Assembly (NCBI GenBank): GCA_000620205.1
Contig: JHVP01000011.1
Span: forward strand, 128,569-160,568
Source of the DNA: Geodermatophilaceae bacterium URHA0031
GTDB lineage: Bacteria; Actinomycetota; Actinomycetes; Mycobacteriales; Geodermatophilaceae
Direction of reading: 5' to 3'
Length of the DNA: 32,000 nt
The notes below the pieces were generated by a model. The model saw only the letters and a list, made by a program, of their open reading frames with translations. It ran no database searches and was not told the DNA's origin. The first letter of the stretch is position 1, and every line of letters begins with the position of its first letter. The translations under genes and the position numbers were made by a program. Positions 1 through 8,166 of the stretch are shown piece by piece.

Positions 1-1405
1 GCTCGGCGACGAACTGCGCGCGGCCCCAGCCGTCGAGCGAGCCGAAGGCGTCCCGGTAGCCGGTGAGCAGCCCCTTGGCGACCAGCTGCAGCAGGACGGT
101 GTTGTCGCCCTCGAAGGTGGTGAAGACGTCGGTGTCGGCCTTGAGCGCCGGCAGCCGGTTCTCCGCCAGGTAGCCGGCCCCACCGCAGGCCTCCCGGGCC
201 AGCTGGATCGTCCGGGTGGCGTGCCAGGTGTTGGCGACCTTCAGCCCGGCGGCCCGCGACTCGAGCTCGCGCTGGGCAGCCTCGTCGACGTCCGCGGCGC
301 TGAGCACGTCGTGCATCCGGGAGGTGAGCTCCTCCTGGGCGAAGTGCAGCGCGTACGTCGTCGCCAGCGCGGGCAGCAGCTTGCGCTGGTGCACCCGGTA
401 GTCGTTGATGACGACCTCCCGGTCCTCGCCGGGGGCGGCGAACTGGCGGCGGATGTCGCCGTAGCGGACCGCGATCTCCAGCGCCACCTTCGTCGCCGAC
501 CCGGCGGAGCCACCGACGCTGACCCGCCCGCGGACCAGCGTGCCGAGCATGGTGAAGAAACGGCGGGTCTCGTTCTCGATGGACGACGTGTACGTGCCGT
601 CCGCGGCGACCTGGCCGTAGCGGTCCAGCAGCATGTCCCGCGGCACTGTCACGTGGTCGAAGCTCAGCCGGCCGTTGTCCACGCCCAGCAGCCCGGCCTT
701 GGGGCCGTCGTCGCCGATGGTGACGCCGGGCATCGGGTCGCCCTGCTCGTCGCGGATCGGCACCAGGAACGCGTGCACGCCCTTGCCCTCAGGTGCGTGG
801 CCCTCCCGACCGGTGACCAGCTGCGCGAACACGACCGCCATCCGGCCGTCCTTCGCGGCGTTGCCGATGTAGTCCTTGCGCGCGGCCTCGTGGGGGGTGT
901 GCAGGTCGAAGGTCTGCGTGGCCGGGTCGTAGCTGCACGTCGTCCGCAGTTGCTGGACGTCGGAACCGTGACCGGTCTCGGTCATGGCGAAGCAGCCCGG
1001 CAGCGCGAAGCTCATGATGTCCGGCAGGTAGGCGTCGTGCTGGCGCTTGGTCCCGAGCGCCTGGACGGCCCCGCCGAACAGCCCCCACTGCACGCCGGCC
1101 TTGACCATCAGGGACAGGTCGGCGAAGGCGAGCATCTCCACCGACACGACCGAGCCGCCGGCGTCGTCCGCGCCGCCGTACTCGCGGGGGAAGCCCAGGG
1201 AGACCCGGCCGGTGCCGGCCAGCTCCTCCGCCAGGGCAGTCACCCGCTCCCGCGCCTCGGCCACCGACTCGCCGTAGACGGGCGCGTACCGGGCGCTGCC
1301 CAGTTGCTCCCGCGCCGCGCGGCGGACGTGCGCCCAGCGGCCGTCGAGGACGTCGGTGATCCGCGCCGGGTCGACCGGGGTGAGAGGGGCGGGGGTGCTG
1401 GTCAC
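1..1405 (-). CDS. acyl-CoA oxidase/dehydrogenase family protein (N-terminal ~468 codons; C-terminus lies beyond window start)
   Basis: Absent from the ORF track because it has no stop in the window. My reverse-strand translation from GTG (1405..1403) is open to base 1: VTSTPAPLTPVDPARITDVLDGRWAHVRR...CFAMTETGHGSDVQQL...GVDNGRLSFDHVTVPRD...TFEGDNTVLLQLVAKG. The motifs are ACAD/acyl-CoA-oxidase type. The GTG overlaps the TGA of the upstream TetR gene (GTGA). Confidence 0.8.
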   Translation of the reverse strand, partial: MTSTPAPLTPVDPARITDVLDGRWAHVRRAAREQLGSARYAPVYGESVAEARERVTALAEELAGTGRVSLGFPREYGGADDAGGSVVSVEMLAFADLSLMVKAGVQWGLFGGAVQALGTKRQHDAYLPDIMSFALPGCFAMTETGHGSDVQQLRTTCSYDPATQTFDLHTPHEAARKDYIGNAAKDGRMAVVFAQLVTGREGHAPEGKGVHAFLVPIRDEQGDPMPGVTIGDDGPKAGLLGVDNGRLSFDHVTVPRDMLLDRYGQVAADGTYTSSIENETRRFFTMLGTLVRGRVSVGGSAGSATKVALEIAVRYGDIRRQFAAPGEDREVVINDYRVHQRKLLPALATTYALHFAQEELTSRMHDVLSAADVDEAAQRELESRAAGLKVANTWHATRTIQLAREACGGAGYLAENRLPALKADTDVFTTFEGDNTVLLQLVAKGLLTGYRDAFGSLDGWGRAQFVAE

Positions 1406-2091
1406 GAGTTCTCCTCCAGGGTGCGCGGAGCGGGGTTGACGACGCCGGACAGGCCGACCCAGGCCAGGTCGGTCAGCTGTGCGGCGAGTTGCGGGCGGGG
1501 CACGGGGCGGTCGGCGCGCAGCCACCAGTCGGCGGCGGCGCGGACCAGGCCGATGACGCCGTGGCCCCAGGCGGCGGACGGCGCGGTGTCCTGGCCGGCC
1601 CGGGCCAGGGACTCGGCCACCAGGCGGCCCACCTCGTCGCCGACCAGGGTGGACAGGGTCCGGATCGGGTCGCTGCCGTCGTCGGCGGCCGGCGAGTGGG
1701 TGACGACGAACCGGTAGACCTCGGGATCGGCCTCGAGGAACGCGAGGTAGGTGTCGACGGCGGCCGCGACCATCTGCCGCGGGTCGGAGCTGCTGCCGAT
1801 CGCCTCCCGCAGCTTGCGGGTCAGCTGGGTGGCGACCCGTTCGCAGACCGCCACGTGCAGTTCGCTGCGGTCGGCGAAGTGCCGGTAGACGACGGTCTTG
1901 CTGGTACCGGCCTCGGCGGCGATCTCCTCCATGCCGACCGCCGCGCCCACCCGGCCGACGGCGGTCAGGGTGGCGTCGACGAGCTGTTCCCGGCGGGCGC
2001 GGCGGTGCTCGTCCCACCGGGAATCGCGCCGGTCGCGCCGGGCGGGTTCGGTCTTCACGGTACGGACGGTACGCGGTACCTCTGGTACCAC
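1402..2091 (-). CDS. TetR/AcrR family transcriptional regulator
   Basis: ORF 1402..2091. It has the N-terminal HTH typical of TetR (LVDATLTAVGRVGAAVGMEEIAAEAGTSKTVVYRHFADRSEL). The start is uncertain; an alternative GTG at 2058 (VKTEPARR) would place the GGTAC repeat array outside the CDS. Confidence 0.85.
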   Translation of the reverse strand: MVPEVPRTVRTVKTEPARRDRRDSRWDEHRRARREQLVDATLTAVGRVGAAVGMEEIAAEAGTSKTVVYRHFADRSELHVAVCERVATQLTRKLREAIGSSSDPRQMVAAAVDTYLAFLEADPEVYRFVVTHSPAADDGSDPIRTLSTLVGDEVGRLVAESLARAGQDTAPSAAWGHGVIGLVRAAADWWLRADRPVPRPQLAAQLTDLAWVGLSGVVNPAPRTLEENS

Positions 2092-2326
2092 ACAGTGCGT
2101 CTCACTCCTCCGTACCAGGGCACGCCTGGGGTGGCCCTAAATCGCCGCGGCGCCGGCTTGCCGGTGGCCGCTGCGTCGTCCGAACGGCCACCCGTCCCAT
2201 CCCGGGCGCCACATCCGTCCCCGACACCTCGGCTGCTCTGTGCAGCGCTGGGGAGGGCGTCACCGCTGACCTACGGTCCGGAACGGCACGCAGTCGTTGC
2301 GGGCCGCACGCGAACCGGGGGAGTGC

Positions 2327-3139
2327 ATGGCGGACCCGGACCAGGGCCTCGAGTCGGGCCGGACCCAGCGGTGGGACCGGGTTCCCTCACTCGGCGGACC
2401 ACCGGTCCCGCAGGGCGACCCGCTCTGGCGGGTCCTGGTCCGCGGCGCCGGCGAGCTGCTGGTCACCGCCGGGCTGGTCCTGCTGCTGTTCGTCGTCTAC
2501 GAGGTCTACGTCACCGACCTGCTCAACGACCGCACCCAGGGCGACCTGACCGAGCAGATCCACGACCAGTGGGACCAGGCCGCGGCCGCACCGGAGAACC
2601 TGGTGGCCCCGGCGGTGGGCCAGCCGCTCGCCGTCCTGCACATCCCCCGGCTCGGGGAGGACTACTCGCGGGTCGTCCTCGAGGGCGTCAGCGAGGAGCA
2701 GCTGGCGGAGGGACCGGGGCACTACACCGGCACCGCACTGCCCGGGCAGCAGGGGAACCTCGCCATCGCCGGACACCGCGTGGGCAAGGGCTCGCCGTTC
2801 CTGGACGCCGACGAGCTGCTGCCCGGCGACCCGATCGTCGTGGAGACGGCGCAGAACTGGTACGTGTACCGGGTCCTCGGTGACCCCGCGACCGGCGACT
2901 ACACGACCGACGCGAGCGGGATCCCCGGGCAGCAGATCGTCACGCCCTCCCACGTCTCGGTGATCGCCCCGACCCCGGACGCCGCAGACGCCGCGCCCAG
3001 CGGGGCGTACCTGACGCTGACCACCTGCCACCCCAGGTACTCGGCGCGGCAGCGGCTGATCGTGCACGCCGTGCTGGACGGCAGCCCGGTCAGCAAGGCC
3101 GACTCCCCCGCCGGCCCGCCGGCCCTGACCGAAGGCTGA
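2327..3139 (+). CDS. class E sortase (transpeptidase)
   Basis: In ORF 2297..3139. The ATG at 2327 is preceded by GGGGGAG. There is an N-terminal TM segment (LLVTAGLVLLLFVVYEVYV), a catalytic His context (LAIAGHRVGKG) and a TLTTCHP (TLxTC) catalytic Cys motif. Confidence 0.85.
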   Translation: MADPDQGLESGRTQRWDRVPSLGGPPVPQGDPLWRVLVRGAGELLVTAGLVLLLFVVYEVYVTDLLNDRTQGDLTEQIHDQWDQAAAAPENLVAPAVGQPLAVLHIPRLGEDYSRVVLEGVSEEQLAEGPGHYTGTALPGQQGNLAIAGHRVGKGSPFLDADELLPGDPIVVETAQNWYVYRVLGDPATGDYTTDASGIPGQQIVTPSHVSVIAPTPDAADAAPSGAYLTLTTCHPRYSARQRLIVHAVLDGSPVSKADSPAGPPALTEG

Positions 3140-3147
3140 GGACCACC

Positions 3148-3306
3148 GTGTACGGCTTCATCTGGCGGCACCTGCCCGGGCCCACCGCGGCTAAGGCGGT
3201 GATCGCGCTGGTCCTGGTCCTGGCGGTCGTCGCGCTGCTGCTGTTCGTCGTCTTCCCGTGGGTCGAGCCCCGGCTGCCGTTCAACGACGTCACCGTCGAC
3301 CGCTGA
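3148..3306 (+). CDS. small (52 aa) hydrophobic membrane protein, coupled to sortase
   Basis: Below the length cutoff of the track. GTG at 3148 sits 8 nt after the sortase stop, with GAGGA upstream. It translates to VYGFIWRHLPGPTAAKAVIALVLVLAVVALLLFVVFPWVEPRLPFNDVTVDR*. Nearly every third codon position is G/C, as in true genes here. Confidence 0.6.
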   Translation: MYGFIWRHLPGPTAAKAVIALVLVLAVVALLLFVVFPWVEPRLPFNDVTVDR

Positions 3307-3330
3307 GCGCGCATTGCTCACGGTTCACCC

Positions 3331-3360
3331 GCACTGCACGTGCTGCAGAACGTGCAGTGC
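3331..3360. terminator. bidirectional hairpin between convergent genes
   Basis: Perfect 11-bp inverted repeat gcactgcacgt / acgtgcagtgc with an 8-nt loop. It lies between the micro-ORF stop (3306) and the helicase stop (3394). Confidence 0.55.
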
Positions 3361-3393
3361 AGGCGAAGGGCGTGCGATCAGCCGAGGGTGAGG

Positions 3394-5178
3394 TCAGCGG
3401 CCGCTGCGGCTGGGACGTCGTCCCTGACGGGAGCCGGACCGTGAACCCGGCCGGGGACGACGGGAGTCGCGGCCGCCGCCGTCGCGCCCGCCGCGGCCCG
3501 CGGGACCGCGGGTGCTGCACGGCCGGCAGGTGCTGAACCACGGGGCGATCGCGGTGCCGCACTCGCTGCACTTCCCCGAGCGACCCAGCGAGATCGCGCC
3601 GGGCAGCATCTCGGTGATCGTCTCGGAGCACTCCTCCTCGACCCACGCCGCGTCGTCGCTGCTCAACCCGCCGACCCCGGGGAACTGGCGGAGCAGGGTC
3701 TGCGCGTCGCGCGCCGCGGCCGCGGTCTGCTCGAACTCCTCGACGCTGCCGCCGACCGGGAGGTCGGGGAGGATCAGCTCCGGCGGTACCGGCAGCCCGA
3801 CGGCGTGCTGCAGCGCTGCCCTGGCCAGCACCAGCCAGCGGGTGCGCCGCGGCGGGTTGTAGTCGATCGCCAGGTTGACCAGCCGCCAGACGGTGTCCAG
3901 GTCACCGGCCGCACCGAGCGGGCCGCGCAGGAGCGGCAGCAGGGCGTGCACGCGCAGCACCAGGCCGGTCACGTCGTCGGCGGTCATCGCCTGGTCGCGG
4001 GTGGCGGCCCGGGCCCACGCCATCCACCGGGTCAGCGCCTCGGGCAGGTCCACGGCCTCGTGGGCGCCGAGGTCCTCGAGCTCCGGCCGCAGCCGCGGCG
4101 CGCGCTTGGGCAGGTCGCTCATCTCGTCGCCGCGGGCCACGGCGGCTCCGGCGCCGACCAGCGCGGCGACCGGCTTGAGGCCGCTCACGCCGATCAGGAT
4201 GCCGACCTGGCCGTGCCCGGTCAGCCCGTACCGGCCGGCGCGCCCGGCGATCTGGGCGGCCTCCCAGGTGCGCAGCGGCCGCAGCTCCTGCCCGTCGAAC
4301 TTCGTCGTCTCGGCGAAGAGGACCGTGGTGGCCGGCACGTTGATGCCGTGGCCGATCACGTCGGTGGTGACGAGCACGTCGAGCTCGCCGGTGGTGAACC
4401 GCTCGATGACCTCGCGACGGGTGGCCGGGGGGAGCGCGCCGTAGAGGACGCCGACCTTCCCGGGCCGGTGCTGGTCGAGCTCGGCCGCGACCGCGTAGAC
4501 GGTCTTGCGGGAGAAGGCGACGACGAGCGTCTGCGGGCGGACGCCGGTGGTGCGCACCGGCGCCTTGAGGACGTCGAGCCGGGACAGCCGCTTGTGGTTG
4601 ACGACCTCGACGTGCTCCGCGTCGGCGACCAGCGGCTTGAGCACGAGGTAGGCCTCGGCGGCGGAGATCAGGTGCATCTCGCGGTACTCACCGGTCAGCA
4701 GCAGGCGGGCCCAGTGGTGGCCGCGGTCCGCGTCGGTGACCCAGTGCGCCTCGTCGAGCACCAGCATCTCGCCGCGGTCCGGGGCCTTCTCGACGGTGCA
4801 GCAGACGATCGGCGCGAAGGGGTTGATCTCCTCCTCACCGGTGGACAGGCCGACGGTGCCCTCGGGCAGCTGGGCTGACAGCTTGGCGTAGGCCTCGTGA
4901 GCGAGCTGGCGCAGCGGCGCCGCGTAGACGCCGGAGCCGGTCGCGGCCAGCGCCTGCAGCGACTCGTAGGTCTTGCCGGAGTTGGTGGGGCCGAGGTGGA
5001 AGACGACGTTCTCGGGTCGGGTCCCGCGCGTCGGGAGCTCGGGGGCGGCGCCGTCGACCCAGATCTGCTGGGCGCGCTTCTCGTCGCGGGCGGCGGTCCG
5101 GTCGGCTTCGCGGGTGGCGGCCTCGCGAGTGGCGCTGCGCTCGCGGCGCCGGGAGGGGGTCTGCTGCGGGACGGTCAC
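3394..5178 (-). CDS. Suv3/SUPV3L1-like superfamily-2 ATP-dependent (RNA) helicase with C-terminal zinc ribbon and Arg/Gly/Ser-rich tail
   Basis: ORF 3394..5292. I prefer the GTG at 5178 (VTVPQQ), which has GAAGGA 10 nt upstream. Motifs: Walker A GPTNSGKT, motif II LDEAHW, VTTDVIGHGINV, QIAGRAGR. The C-terminus has CSEC-x10-CRPC followed by RGGRDGGGRDSRRPRPGSRSGSRQGRR. Confidence 0.85.
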   Translation of the reverse strand: MTVPQQTPSRRRERSATREAATREADRTAARDEKRAQQIWVDGAAPELPTRGTRPENVVFHLGPTNSGKTYESLQALAATGSGVYAAPLRQLAHEAYAKLSAQLPEGTVGLSTGEEEINPFAPIVCCTVEKAPDRGEMLVLDEAHWVTDADRGHHWARLLLTGEYREMHLISAAEAYLVLKPLVADAEHVEVVNHKRLSRLDVLKAPVRTTGVRPQTLVVAFSRKTVYAVAAELDQHRPGKVGVLYGALPPATRREVIERFTTGELDVLVTTDVIGHGINVPATTVLFAETTKFDGQELRPLRTWEAAQIAGRAGRYGLTGHGQVGILIGVSGLKPVAALVGAGAAVARGDEMSDLPKRAPRLRPELEDLGAHEAVDLPEALTRWMAWARAATRDQAMTADDVTGLVLRVHALLPLLRGPLGAAGDLDTVWRLVNLAIDYNPPRRTRWLVLARAALQHAVGLPVPPELILPDLPVGGSVEEFEQTAAAARDAQTLLRQFPGVGGLSSDDAAWVEEECSETITEMLPGAISLGRSGKCSECGTAIAPWFSTCRPCSTRGPAGRGGRDGGGRDSRRPRPGSRSGSRQGRRPSRSGR

Positions 5179-5367
5179 AGAGCGGGAGTGTCCTTCGGTG
5201 AGGGGAGGCGGTGGGAGGTCGACGCGCGCGTGCGCGGACCTGCACGGAAGTGGAACACCGCCGTCCCGCACATCATGCCCGACCTGGTCCATCGGCCGTC
5301 TCTCAGCAGGTTCCAGGCCGGGGTCGGGAGATGGGCCCGCGCCGGGGCGATAGCCTCGTCATCGTCA

Positions 5368-5454
5368 GGAGGGCTCGCCTAGTGGCCGATGGCGGCGGTC
5401 TTGAAAACCGCTATGGGGTCAAACCCATCGTGGGTTCGAATCCCACGCCCTCCG
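5368..5454 (+). tRNA. tRNA-Ser (anticodon UGA), long variable arm, no encoded CCA
   Basis: Folded by hand. Acceptor GGAGGGC/GCCCTCC plus discriminator G. Anticodon arm GCGGT-CTTGAAA-ACCGC. Variable arm ATGGG..CCCAT. T arm GTGGG-TTCGAAT-CCCAC. Confidence 0.93.
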
Positions 5455-5456
5455 CT
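5428..5456 (+). repeat. attL-type direct repeat (T-arm to 3' end of tRNA-Ser)
   Basis: tcgtgggttcgaatcccacgccctccgct is identical to 8867..8895. Confidence 0.9.
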
Positions 5457-6335
5457 CCGATCAGCGGTCTGGTCTTCGTTCGACCGGGCGTTGGGCTCCC
5501 CGAGGGGGCTCAGCGCCCCCGTCGTGCCAGCCGCGTGTCCGTACGGTTCTTGAGTACCTGCGGTTGGCACATACCAGGTCCGAGTCCGACAAGGCCTCGG
5601 GCCCCTCGTGGCGGTGAGGCGGCATCTGCGGACGTCCTGATTCCTCGATTTTCGGTCATCCTCATGCTTGAGCTCTTCGACCGGTCGCGCTCGCCATCGC
5701 GTCTGGGATATGAGTGCAACGGCCGCGGGTCGTCGTGGACCGCTGCACGTCGTCTCGCTGGTTGGTAGCTCGACACTTCGATGCGCCCCGCCGACTGCCA
5801 TCAGTCGCCCCCAGGATGGTCATTTCATCAGCTGGCGTTCAGTCCGCAGGGGTCCGCAGGCCTTGATCAGCGCCACTTGGCCTTGCCCGAGCGCGGCACC
5901 TTGATCGTGGACACCCCGCAGCGGAGGGCGCCGCAGGTCCTGGGACTGCCCTACTGCTTGGCTGCGGGTTCGTCGCTTGGCGGGGCGTGGGCAAGTCTGC
6001 CTCTCAGGGCATGCGTCCTGAATGCGCCGCCCGCTACGGGACAGACTGCCGGGACGCTCGCTTGGTCCCGCCTTCGTCCAAGAGGGCTTTGGGGACAACG
6101 CGCCAGTCCCGAACGCGCCTGGCTCAAACAGAGAAAGCAGCCTTGCTGTCTTCTACGGCACCGGACGCGCCAGTCGGGCGATCCCGGGACGCGAAGTCTT
6201 CACTGCCGTATCCGTTCATGACCACGAGACCCCGGCCGAGCCGGTGACGTACCGGTGACGGAGGGGTCGTAGCGTTGACCGCTGATGATGTCCGCGCTGG
6301 CGGCAGGGTCGAGCCCAGTAGGGTCAGGGGGAGTC

Positions 6336-6686
6336 ATGGCTGATCCCGAACTCGAGTATCTGGTCACCCTGGACGAAGAATCGTTGCTCATGGAAATAGC
6401 CATGGCGGATGATCCGCACCTTGCACTCCACGCGCCAGACGATTTGATCGATTATGGCCGCGCCGCGGTCGCGCGTGTACTGCCACAGGCTCGAGCCCTG
6501 ATCTGCCCACATCATTCATCGATCAAGGGACTCCTTTCTTCACCCGAGTTCGAGGTGATCACCACCGTCGCCGCTTATCTCGTGGCTGGCCTCGCGGGTG
6601 CGCTCGTGAAGCCACTAGCCACCTATCTCGTCAAGCGTGGCATCGAGCCCCTGTGTGCAAACTGGAAATCAAATGCTTCCGGCTAG
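6336..6686 (+). CDS. hypothetical protein, 116 aa, acidic N-terminal half plus hydrophobic (possible TM) segment
   Basis: In ORF 6285..6686. The ATG at 6336 is preceded by AGGGGGAG. Sequence: MADPELEYLVTLDEESLLMEIAMADDPHLALHAPDDLIDY...VITTVAAYLVAGLAGALV. Codon usage is atypical for the host. I recognise no family. Confidence 0.6.
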   Translation: MADPELEYLVTLDEESLLMEIAMADDPHLALHAPDDLIDYGRAAVARVLPQARALICPHHSSIKGLLSSPEFEVITTVAAYLVAGLAGALVKPLATYLVKRGIEPLCANWKSNASG

Positions 6687-8166
6687 CTCTGCGGTTGGCG
6701 GCCAGGCGCAGTTTGACGAGGCGGTCGGTGCCGTGCACCTGCCGTTCCCTGTCGCGCACATGGACTTCCTTCGACCCACTCTAGATACATGGCAAGATCA
6801 TCTCAAGGCCTTTCATGAATGGGTGCACTTTTACCAGTTCGCCAGCACCAGCTATGGAATAATGTATCGCGCAGCGACAATGGCCCAGGTCCTTGCAGTC
6901 GCCCGGCTTCTGCGATTTTACGAGCCCGCAGGAGGTAGGTGTCGGCTTCCACTCACAAGTAACAACATCCCCTCGTTGATCACACTGGGCCAAGGCCCTG
7001 AGTCAGTCCAGGCTCAATGGCAAACGGAACTTCGCCTCGTGCAATTGCTTGAGGAATATCGCACAACAATCTATGGGTACAGGGTCGCCAAGCCTCAGGC
7101 TGCCGCCGCAACAGAACCAGAACGGCGATTGTTCCTGATGGTGCTGCAGGAGGAAGTGGGGTTGCCGCCACTACTGTTCGTCTGGCCTCACGAGTGGCTG
7201 CCGGACGAAGCCGCGGCCATCAATCTCATTGACACCAAGGTCATGCTCGAGTCGCATGCACATGCGTTGGCTGGCCTCTGGATGATTCAAGCCGTCGAAC
7301 GCTTTCATCTCCCCGATGAGCTCAGAGAGAAGGCGCTTGCATACACCGATCGCCTTGCTAAAGGCCCGTATGGACGTTTCCTTGGGGTTAAAGCCGAGCC
7401 CGAGTACTTGCTCCATACAATATGCACATTGTGCGACCTCGCCCTGAACCCCCCCGGCTTCACCAAGTGGCCGCCGCAAACCACGACAGTGATGTTTGAT
7501 ACAACGTGGGCTCCGGTGTCACGCCTCCTTCATCTACTAGCTCTTCACAGCGAGGGCCGGTTGCCCCATCTCAGCATGTCCCGTGCGGGCTGGCAGCTGC
7601 AGTTCCTTCAAGAACTGCATGGAACCCTGGACTCCGGGTGGGACCAGTACTTTCCGCCGTATGACCGAGTTCCATGGAATGGGGCGCAGGGTTTGGTCTC
7701 GGACATCGTTGGCAAGGTCCTCGGATCCATTGATAAATCTTTTCTTCCACCGGTCGCGGCATTGTATCTGGAGGACTGGTTTCAGTCGTACGCCGCGGTC
7801 GATCTCATGCGTTCCTCCATTCCCGAACCTCTGCTGCTTGCCGGTAACTCCATAGAGGACCTTGAGCGATTGGTTGCGACAGCAGGTGCTCCGACTGTTC
7901 TGGTGCGCCAAGGCCAATCGGATCACGTTTTCCCCCGCTGGTGTACCGGTTTAGCGCATGCGGGATACCTGAAAGCGCAGGATCCTACATGGAATGACAC
8001 AGTCGTCGGTGCCGGCCTCGGCTGGATGATGGCTCTTCGATGCCTTCTCAATGAGACGAAACGAGAGCTCGTGCCCACGTTGCATGCCCCCCTCCATGCT
8101 GGCGTCGACCTCACGCTCGCCGACGTCCTGGGGTGGTATGGCCGCCGGCTAGATGACTTCGACTGA
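6673..8166 (+). CDS. hypothetical protein, ~497 aa, Trp-rich, N-proximal HExxH (HEWVH) motif; possible zincin-like enzyme
   Basis: ORF 6637..8166. An ORF of ~500 codons in ~50% GC DNA is unlikely by chance. The ATG at 6673 overlaps the upstream stop by 14 nt; an alternative GTG is at 6637. The motif reads KAFHEWVHFYQF. I recognise no family. Confidence 0.75.
   Translation: MLPASSAVGGQAQFDEAVGAVHLPFPVAHMDFLRPTLDTWQDHLKAFHEWVHFYQFASTSYGIMYRAATMAQVLAVARLLRFYEPAGGRCRLPLTSNNIPSLITLGQGPESVQAQWQTELRLVQLLEEYRTTIYGYRVAKPQAAAATEPERRLFLMVLQEEVGLPPLLFVWPHEWLPDEAAAINLIDTKVMLESHAHALAGLWMIQAVERFHLPDELREKALAYTDRLAKGPYGRFLGVKAEPEYLLHTICTLCDLALNPPGFTKWPPQTTTVMFDTTWAPVSRLLHLLALHSEGRLPHLSMSRAGWQLQFLQELHGTLDSGWDQYFPPYDRVPWNGAQGLVSDIVGKVLGSIDKSFLPPVAALYLEDWFQSYAAVDLMRSSIPEPLLLAGNSIEDLERLVATAGAPTVLVRQGQSDHVFPRWCTGLAHAGYLKAQDPTWNDTVVGAGLGWMMALRCLLNETKRELVPTLHAPLHAGVDLTLADVLGWYGRRLDDFD

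Noticed and set aside
221-2883. Long plus-strand ORFs 221..1717 (498 aa) and 1489..2883 (464 aa).
   Set aside because: They lie antisense or off-frame to the acyl-CoA oxidase, TetR and sortase genes. Their translations are Arg/Gly/Pro/Ala low complexity with no motifs, the typical shadow ORFs of high-GC DNA.
5379-5801. 140-aa minus ORF and 185-aa plus ORF (5211..5768) overlapping the tRNA.
   Set aside because: They run through the tRNA-Ser gene, and their composition is junk-like.
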